Translations under genes and position numbers: made by a program | The notes under the pieces: generated by a model | The model's database searches: none | What the model saw: only the letters and a program-made list of their open reading frames with translations | Told to the model about the DNA's origin: nothing | DNA from: Nitrospirota bacterium | GTDB taxonomy: Bacteria; Nitrospirota; UBA9217 | DNA: 64,000 nt | Direction of reading: 5' to 3' | Assembly: GCA_963751455.1 (NCBI GenBank) | Contig: CAVVUN010000015.1 | Coordinates: 704,001 to 768,000, forward strand | Shown here: piece by piece, positions 20,563 to 30,361 of the stretch | How the letters are laid out: every line of letters starts with the position of its first letter | Position numbering within the stretch: position 1 is the stretch's first letter

Positions 20563-21198
20563 CTATAACCCAAATTGCAGCCGTGAAACTGCATCGATCT
20601 TCTTTTCATCGGATGTGTGGAGATACTTTTCGGTCGTCCGAATGTGACTGTGGCCTAAAAGTTCTTGAACTGTTCGCAGGTCAACGCCCTTGTCCAAAAG
20701 GGATGTAGCAAAGGTATGTCTCGTCGTGTGCGGCGTGATCCGCTTCGTGATGAGCGCCGCCTTCTTTACCCTCTTCATAAGGCAGTCAACGGCCTTGTGC
20801 GTGAGGGGCACCGGTTCGCAGTTGCCGCGCTCACCCAGGGTGAAGAAGAGCGGCCGGGCCGTGGCCGGTGCGCCGGCTCTGTCCTCGAAAAGATGAGGCA
20901 TACTGCTCTTGAGGGCCTTCTGATAATCGAGGACCGCCTCCACAACGTCGTTGGTGAGAGCAACGCGCCGTTGCTTCTTTCCCTTGCCGATCACGTCTAC
21001 AACCGTCTGATTCCGATATGTGGTCAGGTTCTCGATACTCAGGCTGCATACCTCGGCCTTTCTGAGGCCCGAGGAAAGCATAAGGAGTAGCAGGGCATAA
21101 TCACGCTTGCCCTTGAGGGTCCGCCGATCCGGGACCCGGAGGAGGGCTTTGACTTCATCCGCAGTCAAAAAATCCGATGGTCTCTTTATCTTTTCCAT
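20563..21198 (-). CDS. Short XerC/D-like tyrosine recombinase (catalytic domain only)
   Basis: GLRKAE, GKGKK, HTTRH and LGH..TTEKY all intact. Confidence 0.9.
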   Translation of the reverse strand: MEKIKRPSDFLTADEVKALLRVPDRRTLKGKRDYALLLLMLSSGLRKAEVCSLSIENLTTYRNQTVVDVIGKGKKQRRVALTNDVVEAVLDYQKALKSSMPHLFEDRAGAPATARPLFFTLGERGNCEPVPLTHKAVDCLMKRVKKAALITKRITPHTTRHTFATSLLDKGVDLRTVQELLGHSHIRTTEKYLHTSDEKKIDAVSRLQFGL

Positions 21199-21259
21199 TT
21201 TCTATCACCGCCTTTTTCGTTTTCATTATCGTGAATCGATGGCCGCCGGTGGCCGCGCC

Positions 21260-21637
21260 TTACGCTGCCTGGACCTTTAAAATTTTATCATCGACTTTTT
21301 GAAGTTGTTCAACGATCTCAGTCATGAGCAAATGCAAACCCATACTTTCATTGTCGCCGGTCCCCTCCCGGACCTCATCCGACGTGACGGCAGCGTGGAG
21401 ATAATTCAATTTCCTGATAGCATAGTAAAGTTGGTCATGGGCTTCACTTAATACCGTCTTTCGCTCCTGTGTTCTTTCATCCGGTCGTTTGGCCGCCTCT
21501 TTAGCGGCCAGATGTTTCTTTACCGCTGGCAGCTTCCCTAACTCGCTCACTTCATCAAATGCGGTTCGGGCTTTTTCTACAGACTGCTCATACCGTTTCA
21601 CTTGATCATCTTTGACACTTGCTTTTTTCGTTTTCAT
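21260..21637 (-). CDS. Hypothetical helical protein
   Basis: ORF between the Phd-like gene and the recombinase. Confidence 0.6.
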   Translation of the reverse strand: MKTKKASVKDDQVKRYEQSVEKARTAFDEVSELGKLPAVKKHLAAKEAAKRPDERTQERKTVLSEAHDQLYYAIRKLNYLHAAVTSDEVREGTGDNESMGLHLLMTEIVEQLQKVDDKILKVQAA

Positions 21638-21658
21638 TTTTGACCCCCTATGAGTTTT

Positions 21659-21832
21659 TTATTTTTTCTTTGGCTGAAACTCAAAATCTTCCTCCGGTGC
21701 CGGGCCAATAACGGCAATCGGCTTTCCATTGAGTGTAACGACAAGTTTTTTCCCTGTCTTGTTCACTTCTGATAAAATCTTCTTCGCATCGTGTTTAAGT
21801 TCAGAAATCGTGATGAACTTCAGCGGTGACAT
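21659..21832 (-). CDS. Phd/YefM-family antitoxin-like regulator (not in ORF track)
   Basis: MSPLKFITISELKHDAKKILSEVNKTGKKLVVTLNGKPIAVIGP; AAGGAGG RBS. Confidence 0.85.
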   Translation of the reverse strand: MSPLKFITISELKHDAKKILSEVNKTGKKLVVTLNGKPIAVIGPAPEEDFEFQPKKK

Positions 21833-21851
21833 GCGATCACCTCCTTTTTAT

Positions 21852-21887
21852 ATGACCAAATTTAGACCTAATTTAGTCATTTGTCAA
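21852..21887 (-). promoter_or_regulatory. Promoter with palindromic operator
   Basis: TTGACA (21882-21887, minus strand) adjacent to inverted repeat atgaccaaatt..aatttagtcat. Confidence 0.6.
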
Positions 21888-22120
21888 GGGGAATAAAATC
21901 CGAGAATGAGAAGCCATTTTTCAGGGGCATCCTTGGATAAGCTTAAAACAGTGATTGCTGGACCGGCCCCCAGTGGAGCTTGAAATCTAATGGAGGATAA
22001 TAAAAAAGCAGATTGGACAGAGAAGGAAGAAAAAATTTAAAAGATTCTTGCAAAATATGCGGGTATCTATTAATGTGGATCCGAAGATAGCATTTGCGTC
22101 TCTGTAAAGAGCTGACAAAA

Positions 22121-23149
22121 ATGATCACACCTCAAACTCATCGCGCTCGTGAAATTCTCCAAGCTGTTGGTCGCGCATATCCGTCTGCCTGGCAAATGGC
22201 CGATCGTGTTAATGCAAACCGCGATATAGCCCTGCCAGGTTGCCCGCGGTGGTGCTATCTGCCGGTGCATGCAGCGCGTGCTATTACGGAGGATGGCGGA
22301 CAGAATCCAGCGTCGATCGATCGCATGCATCATGTCGCTATTATCGGCGCTCTTGCCGCCTGGCGCATGGGGCAGCAAATCATCCGATATGACGGCTCTC
22401 TCTACAATTCGCTCGTTGAAACGCCGATAACAGGCGATTTGCCCGCAGAGCTCCTGTATCGGTTGCCCGCATGGTGCCTGTACATCGAGACCCCTGGCCT
22501 CTCCTGGATGGGCCGCCAACTGCATGGTTTTTTTGTTCACCTCGACTGGGACAAACGAGGCCATAATGAATTACGCTTTCTTCTTGATACCGTAGAAACA
22601 ACGGATGCACTGTTCGACTTCAGGTACGGTCTGATTCCGAATCCGCTTATACTCGGAAACGGTACTCTTGCGGACGCCCTTGAACGTGTAGTTGCTTTCG
22701 GAAAACTAAATGCGGAAAAAGCAGGAATTGAGCTTGAGCTGAGCAGCACTGTCGATCAAATGGCGGAGTCACTCTCCACGGCACTCTCGCCGCTTATCTC
22801 GCTCACTCTTTATCTGTGCAGCGACTCTCCGGACTGGGATCTGGAGCCGCCCAGGAACCCGACCCCGGTAAAGACCAAGCGAGGACTGCGTACATTTCCC
22901 GTCGCACAGCCAAGGATATGGGACGTAGGCGTCAGAATTGGAGCGGCTCTGAGAAAGGCCGTAGCCTCTCCCCGGATGGAAGAGGTTGCAGAGGCCGAAC
23001 ATGCATCGCCTCGCGCTCATATTCGCCGCGCTCACTGGCACACTTATCTGACCGGTACCGGTCGCAGCAAGCGAGTGCTGAAATGGCTGCATCCTATGCT
23101 TGTTAAGACTGATACCGTGGAAGATTTCCGGCAACGATACGCAGTGTGA
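22121..23149 (+). CDS. AcrVA2/FinQ-family protein
   Basis: AWR..LPAWCLYIE..GFF..LYLC..HIRRAHWH motifs match AcrVA2 features as recalled. Confidence 0.75.
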   Translation: MITPQTHRAREILQAVGRAYPSAWQMADRVNANRDIALPGCPRWCYLPVHAARAITEDGGQNPASIDRMHHVAIIGALAAWRMGQQIIRYDGSLYNSLVETPITGDLPAELLYRLPAWCLYIETPGLSWMGRQLHGFFVHLDWDKRGHNELRFLLDTVETTDALFDFRYGLIPNPLILGNGTLADALERVVAFGKLNAEKAGIELELSSTVDQMAESLSTALSPLISLTLYLCSDSPDWDLEPPRNPTPVKTKRGLRTFPVAQPRIWDVGVRIGAALRKAVASPRMEEVAEAEHASPRAHIRRAHWHTYLTGTGRSKRVLKWLHPMLVKTDTVEDFRQRYAV

Positions 23150-23167
23150 AAGAAAGGGAATCGTCAG

Positions 23168-23527
23168 ATGAAAAGAGATCCTGAACTCATCAGAAATATC
23201 ATGCTTGAAGTTGAAAAAGTGCCCCCGGGAAAGCATGTGACAGCATTGTCTTTTGACGATATCGATAACCAGACTATCATTCAACATGTGGTGCTTTTGA
23301 TAGAAGCAGGACTGTTGAGCGGCAACTTTACGAAAGTGATATCCGGTCCAGCGGGTTTTAGGATTACCGGCTTGACATGGTTTGGACACGACTTTGTCGA
23401 CGCCGTGCGTGAGCATTCCATTTGGAAAGTGATCAAAGATAAAGTTTTGAAACCGGCTGGCTCATGGACATTTGGCTTGGTTACAGAGGTAGCAAAAGAG
23501 GAACTGAAGAATCGTTTGGGTATCTGA
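23168..23527 (+). CDS. DUF2513 winged-helix protein
   Basis: MKRDPELIRNIMLEVE ... LTWFGHDFVDAVR. Confidence 0.85.
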   Translation: MKRDPELIRNIMLEVEKVPPGKHVTALSFDDIDNQTIIQHVVLLIEAGLLSGNFTKVISGPAGFRITGLTWFGHDFVDAVREHSIWKVIKDKVLKPAGSWTFGLVTEVAKEELKNRLGI

Positions 23528-23677
23528 AACCAGGGTTCGCAGAGGGCACGGAACAGCACGCAGTCAAGGCCTCCGGATGAGAGGGAAACAGCAGCTTCGA
23601 GATCTGATAGGGCCAAGAAAACGGCGGGCTGCCGGGGCAACGAACAACCCGCCAACAGTTCAAATTCTGGCCTTATG

Positions 23678-23923
23678 CTATCTGCTATCCCGTACTTTTT
23701 TCGCCTCTTCGTGATGATGCAAAATAATGGCTGCAATTCTGTGCAAGTGTACGCTTACCTCGTCCATGTTCAGATCTGGGCTCAAGTGAAGAGTAATCGT
23801 CTCCGATTTCAATTCCTCTATTGTCGGTTCAAACCGAAACCTTAAAACCAAGACACCTTGTTCAGACTGCACTGACACTTCTGATAATCGATGCATTTTG
23901 TTAAATTCTGATAGTCGATCCAT
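23678..23923 (-). CDS. Hypothetical protein
   Basis: AGGAGG RBS before MDRLSEF. Confidence 0.5.
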   Translation of the reverse strand: MDRLSEFNKMHRLSEVSVQSEQGVLVLRFRFEPTIEELKSETITLHLSPDLNMDEVSVHLHRIAAIILHHHEEAKKVRDSR

Positions 23924-24166
23924 ATTTCCCTCCTGAATTTGATGTTCACATTGAATCGTGATTGCCATGCATTCTAGCAGAGAGAAGCAAACTGTTCGGG
24001 CCAGACGAAAGCGAATCCAGCAGGGATTGCGGTTGGGGAGCTTCGGGCGATGAGGCGGCTCTGATCGAGTCATCTTGTGAACGTCTTGTGAATGAAAAAA
24101 AGGTCTATCCGTATGTTCTTTTTGCTCTTAACTGCTGGAAATATTGACTTTTTCTATTCTTCCTCA

Positions 24167-24196
24167 GGGGGTTCGAATCCCCCTGGGGACGCCAAT
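24167..24196 (+). repeat. attR of island 1 / left end of island 2
   Basis: 30-bp duplication of the tRNA-Glu 3' end. Confidence 0.95.
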
Positions 24197-24202
24197 CAAT
24201 TC

Positions 24203-24238
24203 AGGAGTTACCGGTTTCCGGTAGCTCCTTTTCTTTTT
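24203..24238 (+). terminator. Intrinsic terminator after the att site
   Basis: aggagttaccgg-ttt-ccggtagctcct plus T-tract. Confidence 0.8.
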
Positions 24239-25090
24239 ACTGTGCTGAATTTGTGCTAATTCCCCCGGACTCTTCCCCAAATGTGTTACGTTCAACTCTT
24301 GCCCGTCTGGTCCTTCCTAAAATCGAAATTTTTTTAACTTAGCTTTCCTCGCGTGACTCCCATGAGAGATGAACTGCTGGGGTCCGCTTGTTAATGCAGC
24401 GAGACGCCCGAAGCGAAGGAGGCGGGCTTCCGGGTTACGATCTGTCTTACTGTGGGGGTGCATGCGCTCGTGCAGGTGCCGGAGGCGCTCACAGGCTGGC
24501 AGGATTACAGCGGACGGCTATCCCGCGACTGGACATCTTCGGCTCCCTGCCGGGGTTAGAAAGTGCTTACTCGCGCCTGGCGCTTACGACGAGCGTAGGC
24601 GCGAGCAGCAGTCCCGCCCTACACTCGCGCGGTCGCACTCGTAAACGCGGGGTGCAGGCGCGAGGTCGCGTTATTTAGTCCCGACAAGTCGAGACGGTGA
24701 TCGAGGCTCCTCTGGGATACGTTCTTCTGGTGCAACTGCTTTCAAGCTGGCAGGGGAGAAGCATCTCGTTCCGGAGGAGCAACCTCTAACTTCCTCATTT
24801 TCTAAAGAGGACTACAAATGCGACCTCCCAGCGGTTCACGACGCACTACGACGGCCGGGGCCGGGGTAGTGCAAGTCGCGGGATTCGAAGTGATTTACGA
24901 GACCGACCCGCGCAGACCCGCTCCGCCATGTCATCCTCTGACTCTGCTTCTCGGAATATGAGGGGTTTCACGATCCTGCTGCCGGAAGAATATTAGTCGC
25001 GTTCACTTCCCCGGATTCGGCCGGGGGGACCTCTCCAAAGGGCTTCCATTTCCCTTTGATTTTATGTTATTATCATACAAAGTATAGAAG

Positions 25091-25435
25091 ATGAAGGCTA
25101 GTCAAGAGGTGCATATGCTGCCGGTGGAAAAAACAATTCTCGATAGATTCAAAGCCCTTCTTGCCGCACGTGTAAACGTGTATAAGCTGATTCTATTCGG
25201 TTCTCGTGCCCGAGGCGATGCGGAATTTTCCTCAGATATGGACGTCCTGGTCATTCTGGAGGGTTCGCCTTCCGAGAAGGATTTCGATGTTGTCAGTGAC
25301 TGTGCATGGGAAGCGGGATTCGTACACGGGATCGTAGTCGTACCGGTCGTTTATTCGAGAAACGAATGGGAAAACACTCCTGAGCGCTATTCCCTGCTGG
25401 CCCGTGCCGTAGAAAAGGATGGAGTTCTCGTTTGA
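25091..25435 (+). CDS. MntA-like nucleotidyltransferase antitoxin
   Basis: LFGSRARGD..SDMDVLV. Confidence 0.9.
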   Translation: MKASQEVHMLPVEKTILDRFKALLAARVNVYKLILFGSRARGDAEFSSDMDVLVILEGSPSEKDFDVVSDCAWEAGFVHGIVVVPVVYSRNEWENTPERYSLLARAVEKDGVLV

Positions 25436-25836
25436 AAGAACAGGAGATCGAAGACCTCGTACGCCATCGAATGGAGCAGGCTGCAACGGCTCTAGCTGAC
25501 GCAGATTTTCTCTTGCAGGGTAATCGCAGTGCGCAAAGCATCGTCAACCGGGCCTATTATGCCATGTTTTATGCCGCGCTCGCTCTTCTTCAAAAAGCAG
25601 GGAAAGTACCCTCGAAGCATGTTGGTGTGATAAGCCTCTTTGATACGGAATTCGTTCTGAAAGGCATGTTGCCGAAAGAGCTCTCAAAGACTTTTCATAA
25701 AGCCTTTGAGCTGCGACAGGTATCAGACTACAAGAGCGTTACTCACGTATCAAATGACAAAGCTGTAGAAACTCTTCAGAATGCAAAACGATTTGCAGAT
25801 GAAGTGCGTGTTTTTCTGGCTAAGCAGTCGTCTTAA
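25432..25836 (+). CDS. HEPN domain protein (MNT-HEPN pair)
   Basis: NRAYYAMFYA, KHVGV, RQVSDY; 4-nt overlap with the upstream gene. Confidence 0.9.
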   Translation: MKEQEIEDLVRHRMEQAATALADADFLLQGNRSAQSIVNRAYYAMFYAALALLQKAGKVPSKHVGVISLFDTEFVLKGMLPKELSKTFHKAFELRQVSDYKSVTHVSNDKAVETLQNAKRFADEVRVFLAKQSS

Positions 25837-25986
25837 CAAAACTGTTTGGCTTCCCGTTTTTTATGCTTTTACCGTTTGTAAGGTTAACAAGAGACACTTT
25901 GAGCAGATTGACTCTTATTGATACCCGCCATCCTGTACACCTCAACCTCCATTCGCACACCTGCCGTTCAATGATTCGGAGATTCA

Positions 25987-27903
25987 ATGTCTAACAAGAA
26001 AGCTCTTCTCGAGGCGATTGAAAAAGAAGAAGCATTGCTTTCGAATCTGGACAGCGAACGCGAGAAATCTCTTTTTAGACTCAAAGCATTCAAACAACAA
26101 CTTGCCGAACTGGAAGCAACGTGCGCTGAGTCGGTTATATCCTACGCAGCCAAGACTCCCAAGGAAAAAGTATCGTTATTCCGTTCTCTGTTTCACGGGA
26201 GGGAGGATATCTTTCCGAGACTTTGGACCAGCCGCGCCGGCAAGAAAGGTTATTCTCCGGCCTGTTCGGATGATTGGATCTCCGGCACATGCGGGAAGAC
26301 GCACAAACCGCCTGTAAAGTGCAGCGAATGCACGAATCGAAACTTCCTTCCTGTAACCGATCAAGTCATTATGAATCATCTCCAAGGGCGTCATGTAGTC
26401 GGTGTTTACCCAATGTTGCCTGACGATACTTGCTGGTTCCTTGCCGCTGATTTCGATAAAGAATCATGGAGGGACGATGTCAGTGCATTCCGGGAAACCT
26501 GCAAGATCATGAATATCCCGGTGGCAATAGAACGATCACGCTCAGGAAATGGAGCCCATGCGTGGTTCTTCTTTGCCGAGCCCATCCCAGCGGCGACGGC
26601 GCGAACAATGGGATGCTACCTGATCACGGAAACCATGAGCCGGAGACATCAACTCAGCATGGAATCCTATGACCGGCTGTTCCCCAGCCAGGATACTTTG
26701 ACCAAAGGCGGCTTCGGGAACCTGATCGCGCTGCCGTTTCAGCATGAGCCACGCCAAGAAGGCAATACCGTATTCCTGGATGATAAGTTAAGTCCCTATG
26801 AAAATCAATGAGCGTATCTTGCATCAATAGGACGAATGTCACCGGAAGAAATTCAGCGAATTGCAAACGAGGCGATACGACTTGATAGTGTGATCGGTGT
26901 TCCGCGAGATGCCGGTCAAGATGAAGGCGATCATATTCCATGGACACGGTCGCCGTCCAGAAAAGCAGGGAAAAAGAAAGTCACCGGAACGTTTCCATCA
27001 GAAACACATGTTGTTTTTGCGCAACGTCTTTTTATCGAGAAAAAGACGTTGCCCTCGCCTTTCATAACCCGTATCAAGCGGCGGGCGGCGTTTCAGAATC
27101 CGATGTTTTATGAAAAGCAGAGTTTGCGCTTATCCACGGCAAGAATACCCCGTGTGATCTCCTGCTACGAAGAGCATCCTGAACACATCGCTGTCCCGAG
27201 AGGTTGTCTCGACAGCCTTCGCGAACTGTTCGTGGAGCATGGCGTAAAGCTCATGCTCGATGACAAACGTGTTGCTCCCGCCGGTCCATCATATGCCTTC
27301 CAGGGAACGTTGAGAGACGCGCAGCTGGAGGCCGTCAATGAAATTTTGAAGCACGATCTCGGCGTCCTCTCCGCACCGCCGGGATTCGGCAAGACGGTTA
27401 TCGGTGCTCATCTTATTGCCAACCGGGGTTGCAGCACACTCGTGCTTGTCCACCGGAAAGAGCTTCTCGATCAGTGGATTGCGCGGCTTTCCCTTTTTCT
27501 CGGCATTGATCCTAAGGAAATCGGAAGGATTGGGGCGGGGAAGAACAAGTCGAACGGAATGTTAGACGTTGCCATGATTCAGAGCCTGGTCCGGAAAGAT
27601 GAAGTCAATGATATTGTCGCCGGCTATGGTCAGGTGATTGTGGATGAGTGCCATCACCTCCCGGCAGTTTCCTTTGAGCGCGTCCTGAACGAGGGCAGAG
27701 CTCGTTATGTTGTGGGCCTGACCGCAACGCCCTACCGGCGCGATGGACACCAGCCGATTATCCATATGCAATGCGGTCCCGTCAGGTATTCGGTTCATCC
27801 GAAAAGCCAGGAAGCGAGAACGCAGTTCAAGCACCAGTTGATTTGTACAGCCACGGTGCTGATGGAAAACTCCGTGATCGCGCCTGAACGCTCAGGGGAT
27901 TAG
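25987..27903 (+). pseudogene. AEP primase (TOTE-like) plus SF2 DEAD/DEAH helicase fusion; in-frame TGA at 26809 and C-terminal truncation
   Basis: FLAADFD, ERSRSGNGAH, GNLIALP; GFGKT, DECHH, TATP; the two ORFs are in frame across the TGA. Confidence 0.85.
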
Positions 27904-27960
27904 GGTCGCTTCTTTGCCCTTGACGCGCTGGGTAAATAATAACGCCATTATACTGTGACC

Positions 27961-28374
27961 TCATGTCGCCTCACTCCGCTGCCGCTCGATCTCCCGCAAA
28001 AACTCCCGCACATTTACGACTCTGACGGCGTCTTTCGGAAAGTGCTTCTTGTTCTTCGTTACGATGAAGTCCGCATCCCCGCCTAAGGCAGCGGAGAGGA
28101 ACTTTTCGTCATCGGCATCCGCGCAGAGGCCTTGCGCTGCCGCCGGGCGCACCTTGATCGCCTTAGCAAATACCAGTTCAAGCAGCTCTTCACTTTTGTC
28201 CGGGGGTACGTCGTTATCAAAAAGATGAATTACCCGGAGATACTCGTCGAAGACGTCGTGCGTGACGATCAATTCGAATTCTGCATCCTGAAATGCCCGG
28301 ATGATCTTTGCGGCTCCGCCGTCGGCATTAAGCAGACCGGCCAGAAAGATGTTGGTGTCGATGACGGCCCTCAA
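27961..28374 (-). CDS. PIN-domain toxin
   Basis: MRAVIDTNI..DADDEKFL..IVTKNKKHF. Confidence 0.9.
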   Translation of the reverse strand: MRAVIDTNIFLAGLLNADGGAAKIIRAFQDAEFELIVTHDVFDEYLRVIHLFDNDVPPDKSEELLELVFAKAIKVRPAAAQGLCADADDEKFLSAALGGDADFIVTKNKKHFPKDAVRVVNVREFLREIERQRSEAT

Positions 28375-28646
28375 TTACGCGGACCCCGTCGTGCGGTCTT
28401 TACGGCCTCATCTATGCTTTTCGCGGTGATGCCCGCCCGCTTCGCTGATTTGCGCACGCTCCCCAAGGCCTCATCGAACTTCCGTGCCCAATCCACGTTC
28501 TTGTCAGAAACACGCTTTGGGGTGATGATGATATGATTGTTGTCGTAGGATACTTCGACGACGTCACCCTGCTCAATATGCGCCTTTTTCCGAATATCGG
28601 CGGGGATCGTGACCTGGGCGAATCGTTTTACCTTCACTAGCGACAT
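28371..28646 (-). CDS. AbrB/MazE-family antitoxin
   Basis: QVTIPADIRKK..GDVVE. Confidence 0.9.
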   Translation of the reverse strand: MSLVKVKRFAQVTIPADIRKKAHIEQGDVVEVSYDNNHIIITPKRVSDKNVDWARKFDEALGSVRKSAKRAGITAKSIDEAVKTARRGPRN

Positions 28647-28721
28647 TGCAGTTCTCCTCTCTTAATCTCTTAATTTAAAATTTTACACCTATTTATGGCG
28701 TCAGTCAACCTCCTTCTTGCC

Positions 28722-29805
28722 CGTTGCTTCATAATAAAATGTTACCGGAAGATAGTATGTAGGTTTAAGGTTTGAAGATCTTTTTAAGCTTCTTTTCCAA
28801 GGCTTTTCTTAAGACAAAGAGGTTCAGCGTTTTGAATTGTTCCATGAGTGCATGCTTTGTTTTTGCGGAGATCTCAGGAGAGTCCAGGCGATCGTAGCCG
28901 AGCCATTGCCTCACGTGAGTCCAGTTTTTTTGCTCCACGTGGGCGTTGTCGTCTTTTTTATAAGCACGGCTCCGGGTAAACTGAACCGGCCGGATTCTGT
29001 TCTCGGTCAGATAGCGAAGCAGGTGGTGATTTAAAAACTCACTACCGTTGTCAGTGTCAAAGCCCAGGATCGGGAACGGAAGCGATTGTTCGATATTCTT
29101 GATCTGGTCGATGACATCCTGATAGTTTTTGCCCCAGACAGCGCGCTGTTCCGTCCAGCCGGTAGCGATGTCCACGCAATCGAGGGTGTTGGCATACATG
29201 CCTTCCGTAGAGCTTCCACAATGGGCAACGGTATCGGCCTCCAGGAAGCCCGGACGGGATTCATCCCATTGATTGGTTTTGATTGGAATATGCTTTTTTA
29301 AGAGCGTCCCTGGCTTGGTTGTCGCCCTGCCGTGTTTGGTATGCAGAGCACGGACCGGCTTTAAGACCCGGTCAATGCTTGATGGAGATATCCGGAGCAA
29401 GGCCGCCGCAGCCTTCTGGGAGATGGGGCCATAGGTCTTGATATAGCCGGGCAGCCACAGCGGGATAATGGCCTTCAATCGCTTTGAGCAGGGCAGATTC
29501 GCTGCCTTCCAAATGCGTTTTAAAGGCACCAGAAGCATCTCAGGATCATACAAGGGCCTTCTTCCTGGCTTTCGCAACGGTTTTGGGGTAAACCGTCGAA
29601 AGGTCCTCAGAAGCCTAAGCGCGTGCTTACGGTGGTACCCGCAGGTTGAACAGAATTCGTTCAGAATCGTTGTTTTTATTTTCCGGGAAGCGGCCCGGTA
29701 CCGTTTAACGATTGCAGCCAGATACTCCCGTTTTGATCGTGGACTCATCAGAACTAACCCTCCTTTGGGGGGTCATGTTCCGGTAACATGAATTATGAGT
29801 CAACG
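28722..29805 (-). mobile_element. IS with rve/DDE transposase (ISNCY/IS481-like), probably internally deleted
   Basis: Imperfect IRs cgttgcttcataataaaatgttaccggaa / ttccggtaacatgaattatgagtcaacg; transposase 28765-29748 with EADTVAHCG, DTDNGSEF, NAHVEQKN. Confidence 0.85.
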
Positions 29806-29992
29806 ATCAATTTTTAAATTCAATTGGGTAACATTTAATTTGAGTCAATTCGGCCCCCAAAAAGCTTCCATTTGGCATTGATTTTATGCTATTATCACCA
29901 AACGAGCCGCGTAGCGCGAGTTCGCAGTTCCGGGAGGTCGCGTTGTTAGAGGGAGCCTCCGGCTCCTGCCGGAGGGGGCTCCACTGGCGGTG

Positions 29993-30090
29993 CAATGCCT
30001 TGGAGAATTTCTTGTCGAAGATTTCGGTTTTAATGAACTCTCTGTCAAAGAGGGAAATCGCGCCGCTATGTTTTGCGGAGAGCAAGCTGG
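29993..30090 (-). pseudogene. HEPN gene fragment
   Basis: SAKHSGAISLFDREFIKTEIFDKKFSKALH resembles the protein at 25432-25836. Confidence 0.7.
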
Positions 30091-30249
30091 TAAAGTTCGT
30101 GGTCCCCCTTTTCCATCGCTGCATTGAAGCTCCCGAGAGCGGCACGGAGCTTCCATTCGTAAGGTGAAATAATTGTCGTATTCGCGCGCTTGGCTTACTC
30201 CCGAATTCGCTCGCTACGCGAAGTGACGGTTCGTAGAGGAATCTCCAGA

Positions 30250-30278
30250 ATTCGAACCCCCGTTATAGCCGTGAAAGG
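30250..30278 (-). repeat. Inverted tRNA-Glu fragment
   Basis: 28/29 match to the reverse complement of 4054-4082. Confidence 0.85.
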
Positions 30279-30361
30279 CGAAAAAACCTAAATACACCAG
30301 ATCGTTGGAATGCCAAGAAACTCCTAATTTTGAAGGAAAAACGGGAAACCCGGACAACATC

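Larger units (their letters stand above)
4071..24196. mobile_element. Island 1: tRNA-Glu-integrated phage-satellite-like element
   Basis: Identical 30-bp direct repeat gggggttcgaatccccctggggacgccaat at 4071-4100 and 24167-24196; integrase, Rep/helicase and TerS-like genes; no recognisable capsid or TerL gene. Confidence 0.88.

Noticed and set aside
4071-24196. Complete prophage or ICE
   Set aside because: No capsid, portal, TerL, lysis, relaxase or T4SS genes recognised.
26809-26811. TGA recoding (Trp or Sec)
   Set aside because: Other genes here use TGA as a normal stop, and this gene is also truncated.
29825-29850. Second IS-end-like sequence ggtaacatttaatttgagtcaat
   Set aside because: Isolated remnant with no partner end or transposase.
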